A stretch of DNA of 32,379 nt from the NCBI GenBank assembly GCA_946405045.1, contig CAMJFV010000001.1, forward strand, positions 1 to 32,379, read 5' to 3'. A program made the position numbers and the translations under genes. This stretch comes from an uncultured Bacteroidales bacterium (GTDB lineage Bacteria > Bacteroidota > Bacteroidia > Bacteroidales > Paludibacteraceae). Of the stretch, positions 24,251 through 31,042 are shown one piece after another. The notes below the pieces were generated by a model. It made no database searches. It was not told the DNA's origin and was given only the letters and a program-made list of their open reading frames with translations. How positions within the stretch are numbered: the first letter of the stretch is position 1; every line of letters begins with the position of its first letter.

Positions 24251-24271
24251 TAGAATTACTCCTTTCAAATA

Positions 24272-24291
24272 GACGGGGCCGAAGCCCCGTC
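24272..24291 (-). terminator. hairpin after ligA (UUCG tetraloop in gene sense)
   Basis: 8-bp stem gacggggc/gccccgtc with loop cgaa (UUCG on the transcript), 9 nt after the ligA stop. The U-tract is weak (TATTTG). Confidence 0.6.
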
Positions 24292-24300
24292 CCTCATAAC

Positions 24301-26199
24301 TTAAAATGGTTTGAACAGATTATCCGGAACTTCATCCGGTGTGTAGATAGGAATGTTCAGCTTCTTTGCTCTGGATACTTTATCGGACTGGAAGTTCTTG
24401 TCCTTTACGATCAATGCTTTCAAATCGTTTGTGAAACCACCGACCTCATAGCCGTTGTCAACAAGCTGTTTTTCAAGGTCCTTATCACGGAATCCTGTGA
24501 AGCATACGCGACCAGCATAAGCTCCCCAAGGAGTTGTTGGTTTCAGCTTCTCCGGAATCCAAGACATCAATGATTGAATCTCTTCTTTATTCCGAAGATA
24601 TCCGTCAAAGATCTTTTGAATTTTGATCTTGCCAACCGATGGAATGTAACCCGCATTCAGAATCATCTCGGGAAAACTTCCATCGATCATTGCATGAATA
24701 ATCGGTTCATCACCCAGAACACGAATAACTGCAGACCAGGTTTTTTCATCCGTATCATTGAACGGTAATGCTCCAAGGAATCTTGCAAGGGTTGCTTCAG
24801 ACAGAGCTTTGTCGACGGACTTCACCATGTTGTCATATGAGGTATATCCGAAACCTTCTGTTTGAGCAATGCAATCGTCCCATTTTCTTAGATCATATAG
24901 ATCTTCGATTTTAGTAACGAATTCATTGTCATACAACTTCGTCAGAACTCCTTCACCAAGTCCAACCATTCTCATCTTTTCAGCATGACGAATAATCGCA
25001 CCAAGTTTCAGTCCTTTACATTCAGGATTCTTACATCTGACAATGACGCCTGAATTGTAATCCAGAGCTGCACCACATATCGGACAATTTGTCGGCAGCG
25101 GTATTGGATAATCACCATCGTGATACGATTCCAGAAAATACGGTACGATGTTATACATGATTCGTATCGTATCACCATGTCGAAGTTCCATGGATCTGAC
25201 GCGATCGAGTGTTGACAACGTTGCATGATCAACTGATATTTTGTCGTCACAGAATTTTACTGCATCAAATATCGCGACCGGTGTGATACGTCCCTGTTTA
25301 CCAAACTGATATTCAATCGATCGAAGTGTCGTCTCTTTCACGTCATTCAGAATCTTGATTGCAACTTCAAGTTCCGGATCAACAAATATCGTAGATGGAT
25401 CGGTTGATGATTCGGAATTTATCGACGCAACAACACCATCAATCGAAAATGTCTGATCAAAGATTTTTGTCGTAGCGGATTCAGCCAATCGATCTTTGAT
25501 GAATGCTCCGATCGAATTGAAGTCGTCTGCAAACACATGTTCACAGATTTCATTCAACAGTTTCGGAATATACTGTTTGCCGTCAACGTATCCTCTCAAC
25601 GGCACCAATGTGATGAATTGTGCCATTTCAATATTTCTGGATGTGATTGTTGCAGACACAACATCACGTGGACGTTTATATGTGAGATTTAACGCATAAT
25701 GCAGAAACTGTTCATGAGACAAAATTGCCTCGAACTTCATTGCAGTTGTACCAGGTCGTGCAAATGATTTGACGACTTCCAAATGGTGTTGAAATACTTC
25801 TGTCACGTCAACAGATTCACCATTATCATAGTCACCTCTTGTGAAGAATCGACCGGTTGCGAAATCTAGTGCAACTGAGCATCCATCGAATTTCGGTTGC
25901 AATATGATTTTGCATTGATCAAGTGCAGGATGTGACTTCATGTTTGTGTCAAGCCATTTCTTATATGTCTTTTGACCAGGTCTCCAGGGTTCTGTCACAC
26001 CATAAGCCTTTGGTAAAGTTCCAACAATGTCATTTACATCAGCAGATTGTTTCTGTCGATTGAATGGTCGTGCGGACTCCCCACCATTCTCTTTCAAATA
26101 TTCCTCGAGTAATGTATCATACTCTTCATCAGAAATCAATGGATGACCCTGATCATACGCTTTGATATATTCATCGAGCTGTTCTTTTGTGATTGCCAT
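24301..26199 (-). CDS. ligA: NAD-dependent DNA ligase LigA (632 aa)
   Basis: Full LigA layout:
- Ia-like N-terminus YDQGHPLISDEEYDTLLEE
- adenylation lysine motif QPKFDGCSV (KxDG)
- Cys4 zinc finger CPICGA...CKNPEC
- C-terminal BRCT-like GRVCFTGFRDKDLEKQLVDNGYEV. Confidence 0.93.
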   Translation of the reverse strand: MAITKEQLDEYIKAYDQGHPLISDEEYDTLLEEYLKENGGESARPFNRQKQSADVNDIVGTLPKAYGVTEPWRPGQKTYKKWLDTNMKSHPALDQCKIILQPKFDGCSVALDFATGRFFTRGDYDNGESVDVTEVFQHHLEVVKSFARPGTTAMKFEAILSHEQFLHYALNLTYKRPRDVVSATITSRNIEMAQFITLVPLRGYVDGKQYIPKLLNEICEHVFADDFNSIGAFIKDRLAESATTKIFDQTFSIDGVVASINSESSTDPSTIFVDPELEVAIKILNDVKETTLRSIEYQFGKQGRITPVAIFDAVKFCDDKISVDHATLSTLDRVRSMELRHGDTIRIMYNIVPYFLESYHDGDYPIPLPTNCPICGAALDYNSGVIVRCKNPECKGLKLGAIIRHAEKMRMVGLGEGVLTKLYDNEFVTKIEDLYDLRKWDDCIAQTEGFGYTSYDNMVKSVDKALSEATLARFLGALPFNDTDEKTWSAVIRVLGDEPIIHAMIDGSFPEMILNAGYIPSVGKIKIQKIFDGYLRNKEEIQSLMSWIPEKLKPTTPWGAYAGRVCFTGFRDKDLEKQLVDNGYEVGGFTNDLKALIVKDKNFQSDKVSRAKKLNIPIYTPDEVPDNLFKPF

Positions 26200-26226
26200 A
26201 TGTTCCTCCTATAAAAATAATAGAAG

Positions 26227-26250
26227 TGGGTGGGGCCAACGCCCCACCCA
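26227..26250 (-). terminator. intrinsic terminator upstream of ligA
   Basis: 10-bp stem tgggtggggc/gccccaccca with a 4-nt loop, 6 nt after the stop at 26257. In gene sense it is followed by the T-rich CTTCTATTATTTTTAT. Confidence 0.75.
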
Positions 26251-26256
26251 TCCTCT

Positions 26257-26535
26257 TCAGATTCCTACACCGAACAATTCGGCAGGAGATACCGGAGTTG
26301 GATTGTATGGCATGTTGGTTTGTTGTGCAATCCATGGTGCCAGATTTCCCATCTTCGGTGTGTCGTTTTCCTTATCGAACTCAACCGGAAACGGTTTACC
26401 AGTTCCAACCGGTAATTTACCAGCTTCCATATCACCAAGTATGACTGCGAAATCGTTGGTTCCCACATATACATGTGCGGGAGTCAACTCTGTCGTATGG
26501 AATGCTGCTTGTTCTTTTGAGACGATTATCTCCAT
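26257..26535 (-). CDS. hypothetical protein (92 aa)
   Basis: ATG is 7 nt after AAAGGAGGAA. Preceded by the 26558-26568 motif and followed by the 26227-26250 terminator. Confidence 0.65.
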   Translation of the reverse strand: MEIIVSKEQAAFHTTELTPAHVYVGTNDFAVILGDMEAGKLPVGTGKPFPVEFDKENDTPKMGNLAPWIAQQTNMPYNPTPVSPAELFGVGI

Positions 26536-26557
26536 AGATGCATTCCTCCTTTCACCT

Positions 26558-26568
26558 TAATGATATAT
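26558..26568 (-). promoter_or_regulatory. conserved intergenic motif ATATATCATTA, copy 3; candidate promoter element
   Basis: Exact 11-mer in the 48-nt gap between 26584..28311 and 26257..26535, about 22 nt upstream of the ATG at 26535. Confidence 0.35.
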
Positions 26569-26583
26569 GTATTTGAATTCGGA

Positions 26584-28311
26584 TTATTTCATACTGTTTG
26601 TCTTTTTGGTATTGATTTGATCTGCAGCTACTCGTGTGGACCCGTAATATTTCTCCCAAGATGCGTTATGTTTACCAGCACTCTTGTGATTATGTTCGAT
26701 ATCACCGTTGTCTTGCTGCATCATATTGCTATAAACAGTATTGCATACTGCAGCGATTTCCTTGATATCACTCATGAGACACTTGCTGAACTTCTGACAT
26801 GTTTCAACACACGCCTTGATACCACGATAAGCAATATCGTTTTTCGATGCATTTTTGTTATACGTGCTTCCAGCCGTATTGCGCTGATCGGAAATAACAT
26901 TGATATTGTTATTGATCGCGACCATCATGTGTTTCCATATATCAGCATGCATCGATAGCTGATTGATAAAATTGTCAGATCTTCCAGATTCAGCCTTATC
27001 GTCTCCCATATATCCAGTCAGATAATCAAACATTGTTTGACGTTGGGTCTCATCAGGAGGAACTGGCATTTTTGTCTTAATCAAATCAAGTTTACTGAGA
27101 ATCTGTATGCCATTTGGAACATTTCGTGAACAAGTGACGACATTTGCATCAGACATGAATGGAGCCATTGCAGGTTGTTTGGATGCAAACGTTGCAACAT
27201 CATATGTTTTTATAGGGAGCCCATGTACATCTTTAAGAAGCGTAGCAACTGATGCATTATGCAGATTTCCAGTGCACAGATACCACTTCCAAATCAGCGG
27301 ATTGATACGTGCCTTATTTCCAGACATAACCGGTTCGAAGTACAGATGTATACCCTGTTGGAAAATCGCACCATATCCATGTTCCTTAATGAATGCACGT
27401 GCATTGTTCATGCGGTTCTTTGTTTGGTTAAACATCTTACGGAACTTCTCAACCAGATTGAGAATCAGGTTGATAGCTTTACCGATCAACGTACCAAGCA
27501 GCTTAAACGGATTGATTGATGTATTTGGATCCCACTTACTGTCAGCCTGACCGAATGATTCTTGATAGAATGCACATTCCATGATTGGAGTCACATATGG
27601 ACTGGTACGATCATTATGTTCATAGGCTTCCAGAATAATATTGGAAGTCACCTCGATCAATTCGAATGTCTCCTGCAGCTCTGAGACATCTTTGTCAAGT
27701 TCTTTAACACTGTCTTCAAAGCTTTGGTCAGAGTCCTTGTCAACTGAAACACGGATATGGCATTTGTCAACCGCGGTTTGCATCGCAGTCTCTTCATCCA
27801 TACCCATCGCAAGAAGTTCTTCGTATTCCTTCTTGACATCGGGATCCTTTGGCTCATATTTCTCACCGGTCAGTTCCGACTTCGCAAACAGCAGCTGCTC
27901 CATATGGAAACGTTCTTCATCACCGATATCCGCATACAGACGTCTGAGAACATCAGTGTTTGTTTCCTTTGCAGCTTCAAGGTATTCACCCAGAGCATCT
28001 GCTTCAGAAGCCATCAGCTTCATCAATGTGTCGACATCTTTCTGATCATAATCATTCTGAACATCTGAAGTGTCGGTACCGAAGGACCCCAACTCAACAT
28101 CGTTGGGGTCCATGTTTTCGGTTTCATTGAATTTGTCCTTGTCCTCATCAGACATACGTCCTTCCAGATATCCAGGAAGTTCTTCCGGAGATTGATCCTT
28201 ATCGTCATTCTCCAGATCAAGATCACCGATGGTGATGTCTTTATCATCACTCAGCTGATCTTCTTCTTCCTGATAAAATCCAGGACGATGAAAACGAGTA
28301 AAATCGCTCAT
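26584..28311 (-). CDS. large hypothetical protein with acidic N-terminal region and a ferritin-like ExxH helix pair (575 aa)
   Basis: ATG at 28311 is preceded by AAAGGAGGAATACGT. The first ~110 aa are rich in D/E. SEADALGEYLEAAKE...DIGDEERFHMEQLLFAK resembles a half ferritin/rubrerythrin motif (weak call). Confidence 0.8.
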   Translation of the reverse strand: MSDFTRFHRPGFYQEEEDQLSDDKDITIGDLDLENDDKDQSPEELPGYLEGRMSDEDKDKFNETENMDPNDVELGSFGTDTSDVQNDYDQKDVDTLMKLMASEADALGEYLEAAKETNTDVLRRLYADIGDEERFHMEQLLFAKSELTGEKYEPKDPDVKKEYEELLAMGMDEETAMQTAVDKCHIRVSVDKDSDQSFEDSVKELDKDVSELQETFELIEVTSNIILEAYEHNDRTSPYVTPIMECAFYQESFGQADSKWDPNTSINPFKLLGTLIGKAINLILNLVEKFRKMFNQTKNRMNNARAFIKEHGYGAIFQQGIHLYFEPVMSGNKARINPLIWKWYLCTGNLHNASVATLLKDVHGLPIKTYDVATFASKQPAMAPFMSDANVVTCSRNVPNGIQILSKLDLIKTKMPVPPDETQRQTMFDYLTGYMGDDKAESGRSDNFINQLSMHADIWKHMMVAINNNINVISDQRNTAGSTYNKNASKNDIAYRGIKACVETCQKFSKCLMSDIKEIAAVCNTVYSNMMQQDNGDIEHNHKSAGKHNASWEKYYGSTRVAADQINTKKTNSMK

Positions 28312-28324
28312 ACGTATTCCTCCT

Positions 28325-31042
28325 TTATTTACGTTGAGACTTCTCGAATTGTTCAATTCGTTGAAGTTTCCGTTTTGCTTTAGCTAGCTGGTCTTGGGTT
28401 AACTTACCAGAAGCAATCTGTTGTTTCAGCTGTTCCTTAGCAAGTTGACGTTGTTTCGCTGCATTTGCATCAAGTTGTTTTTGACGTTTTTCGTATTGCT
28501 GTTGTGCATACTCACCACGTTTTTGATGTGCAAACAACATTTCATCTTCATCTCGAGCCTTTTCGATCAAATCAGGTTTTCCTCTAGCAACGCGATCTTT
28601 ATTTAAACGATCAACATTCCGTGAGTTCTCTTGTGCGCCTTTTCTTAATGAACGAAGCATTGTGTCGCCTTTGGCATATCTGTTATGCAATTCACTATAA
28701 GCATCCGCATCATATTCAACAGGATCCAAATCATGATCCCTGTTCTTAATTTTTTTCCAATCTTCATATGGCATAGCATCGATATGTGCTTTTGCTTCGT
28801 CACGTCGTCGCAAACCTTCCGAACCAGATTTCCATAACGGTTTATCACGTTCAAAATCATATACCTTATCCGTCATTTGAGAAGCGTGTCCTTCTTCATG
28901 TTTATATGTTGCATTTGAATAAGCCGGTTTCTTTTGGATATCTTTTGGTGTCATATTAATGCTGTCTGTATCCATTTGACCATATCGTTTCACTTTACCA
29001 TCAACGGTTGTTTGATATGCTGAATCATAATGTTGTGTTACGTCATGTGGATTTATTGTGAATGGTACACGTTTCTTTTGTCCAGGATTGTTTTTATCAT
29101 CAATATCCGTCAAAATAGTTTCTGTTTTCGGATCATAACCGTTTTCACGAAGGAATTTGTTCATACGGTTACGTTCCTTATTAGATCCAATTTTTCCAGC
29201 GGATATACGTTTACCAGGACGATTCGGATCTTCGATTGTGTTGGTTTTAGGATCATACTTATGTTTCTTCAAATATTCGTCATATGGGCCGTAAGCTGCT
29301 TCCTGAACAACTTCATCGTCATATGAATCCAACAGAATTCCGAATTCATTGATCGCTTCGTCATGTGCGTCCGGGTCATCGAATAATGCATTATGATATT
29401 CGGATACGTAGAACAAAGAATCTCCGAGTTGAACAAACCAGTCACACTCTTCACATTCACAATATTCTTCAATTATATCGGAATCATCGAGAGCATATTC
29501 AACGACCATGTCTTCGAACAAGTCATCATCGTCGGAATCATCGAGTGCGTATTCAACAACCATGTCTTCGAACGAATCTTCATACCAGTTGAACATCTCA
29601 TATATTGCATCATTCATCAAAATATCATCAGCAAGGTTCTCCATTGTATATTCCTCACTGAATACGATTCCAAACAATTCTGGGATCATTGCAACGAATT
29701 CAGCAACAGCAGCCTTCGTCCACGGAGCAGCTTTTTCGATTGCACGACAGAACTCACAACGCGCTTCATACTCACTCTTTGTCTTAGCAAGAATCTTGTT
29801 AAGTCTAGCCAATTGCTTATCGATATTAACAGAGTTTTTTCTTGCATCAAGACATCTCTGATATACAGTATCGACATACTGTATACGTTTCGATGGATCC
29901 ATTTGAAGAAGCTTTTCTTTTCGATTAGCGCTCAGAGTTGTATATGGATTCTGGAAACTGTTGACAACCTGCTCAACCGAATTTAAATTTGACATGATTT
30001 CTTTCATTGTACCAAATTTAATCGGAATACCATTTGCAGCAGCATACGACTTTATTTGCCGGATTTGTTTCACGATCTGCTGAGCCGCTGACGAAATTTT
30101 GTCAACCGCTGACCCAGACATGTTCATATATTTCGTAAGAGTTGCATCATCGATATCTCCATCATGAAGGTGCAGATATGTCTTCAGATCATTCAGAGCT
30201 TTGATATTTTTATCGAGGTTCTGTGCAGCTACAGTTTTTGCAGTATTTATGGTGCTCTCACGTAACATAGATGCCTGCATTCCGTATAGATGCATCAATG
30301 CTCTAGTATATACTGCAGCTCCATTCTTTCTTACGGCAGCAGCATCAGCTTCTAACTCAAACAAATATTTGTCATGAGCAGTATTCAGTTTCTTTCCAGC
30401 AGGAGAATTTACATAATCCTTGATCCAGTCTGTTGTGGCATTCAGACCGATATTAAGTTTATTATTCACAAGACCCATCTTACGTTGTATAGCCGATCCT
30501 ATAGATCGTGTTATTTTTCCACCAGGTAACTGGTATCCGGCCATATCAACAGCTTCGCCACTGCCACGCTTTGCCATTCTCTCTTGATGAGAATGTTGAA
30601 CTTCATGGTCGATCATTGCTTTGAACTCATCTCTACTGAGTCTTGTGAGAATGTTTTTTGGTACATTAATATTTCCACCATTTTCAGCAAGACCAAGCTT
30701 AGATTGTATATCACCGGTGGCTTTCATTGCAGGCAATGTCTTTGAAAGAATCTGTGAGTAAATCTTCTTGGCTCGAATCTTCAGATTGCTGTCGTTTTTG
30801 TCAATATGAGTTCCGACAGCGGTCCCCATCATACTCAAAATATTAACGACATCGTCTTCATTCATCAAGTTTATTTTGATCGGATATTTTTCTTTTGTCT
30901 CAGGATCTTCAACGATGATCGATTGTGACCATTTGTCATATCCGATCGCTTTCAGATTTCGTTTAGAGGTTCTATTCATTCGACCTCGTGCTGTCTCTTG
31001 ATAAAAAATACCGCCACCAAATCTTGCAGGTATGTCAGACAT
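28325..31042 (-). CDS. very large multidomain protein with two zincin-like HExxH...E-x-[ED]-A-D modules, acidic tandem repeat and basic coiled-coil tail (905 aa)
   Basis: ATG is preceded by TAAGGAGGGATATT.
- HEVQH (aa 146-150) with FELEADAAA (aa 228-236)
- HEEGH (aa 715-719, nt 28886-28900) with VEYDADAYS (aa 775-783)
- 18-aa tandem repeat at aa 491-526
- K/Q/R-rich C-terminus aa 840-905. Confidence 0.85.
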   Translation of the reverse strand: MSDIPARFGGGIFYQETARGRMNRTSKRNLKAIGYDKWSQSIIVEDPETKEKYPIKINLMNEDDVVNILSMMGTAVGTHIDKNDSNLKIRAKKIYSQILSKTLPAMKATGDIQSKLGLAENGGNINVPKNILTRLSRDEFKAMIDHEVQHSHQERMAKRGSGEAVDMAGYQLPGGKITRSIGSAIQRKMGLVNNKLNIGLNATTDWIKDYVNSPAGKKLNTAHDKYLFELEADAAAVRKNGAAVYTRALMHLYGMQASMLRESTINTAKTVAAQNLDKNIKALNDLKTYLHLHDGDIDDATLTKYMNMSGSAVDKISSAAQQIVKQIRQIKSYAAANGIPIKFGTMKEIMSNLNSVEQVVNSFQNPYTTLSANRKEKLLQMDPSKRIQYVDTVYQRCLDARKNSVNIDKQLARLNKILAKTKSEYEARCEFCRAIEKAAPWTKAAVAEFVAMIPELFGIVFSEEYTMENLADDILMNDAIYEMFNWYEDSFEDMVVEYALDDSDDDDLFEDMVVEYALDDSDIIEEYCECEECDWFVQLGDSLFYVSEYHNALFDDPDAHDEAINEFGILLDSYDDEVVQEAAYGPYDEYLKKHKYDPKTNTIEDPNRPGKRISAGKIGSNKERNRMNKFLRENGYDPKTETILTDIDDKNNPGQKKRVPFTINPHDVTQHYDSAYQTTVDGKVKRYGQMDTDSINMTPKDIQKKPAYSNATYKHEEGHASQMTDKVYDFERDKPLWKSGSEGLRRRDEAKAHIDAMPYEDWKKIKNRDHDLDPVEYDADAYSELHNRYAKGDTMLRSLRKGAQENSRNVDRLNKDRVARGKPDLIEKARDEDEMLFAHQKRGEYAQQQYEKRQKQLDANAAKQRQLAKEQLKQQIASGKLTQDQLAKAKRKLQRIEQFEKSQRK
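29465..29572 (-). repeat. in-frame 54-nt tandem duplication inside the 905-aa ORF
   Basis: Units 29519-29572 and 29465-29518 encode FEDMVVEYALDDSDDDDL and FEDMVVEYALDDSDIIEE. The first ~42 nt of the units differ at about 4 positions. Confidence 0.9.

Noticed and set aside
11757-25250. Nested or alternative-frame minus-strand ORFs: 11757-11984, 14008-14277, 15522-15704, 16718-16903, 18353-18619, 19346-19537, 20033-20290, 20788-21207, 21748-21960, 22068-22268, 23956-24228 and 25008-25250.
   Set aside because: They lie inside longer ORFs with recognisable domains or better starts. ORF 18353-18619 would also run through the 18367-18393 terminator hairpin.
1584-29986. All other plus-strand ORFs in the track, for example 1584-2063, 7241-7696, 11365-11838, 16537-17127, 26162-26560, 27107-27550 and 29393-29986.
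   Set aside because: Each lies entirely inside a longer minus-strand ORF that has an RBS and coupling. None has a Shine-Dalgarno sequence that I could find. Their translations are compositionally odd. The whole window is otherwise strictly unidirectional.
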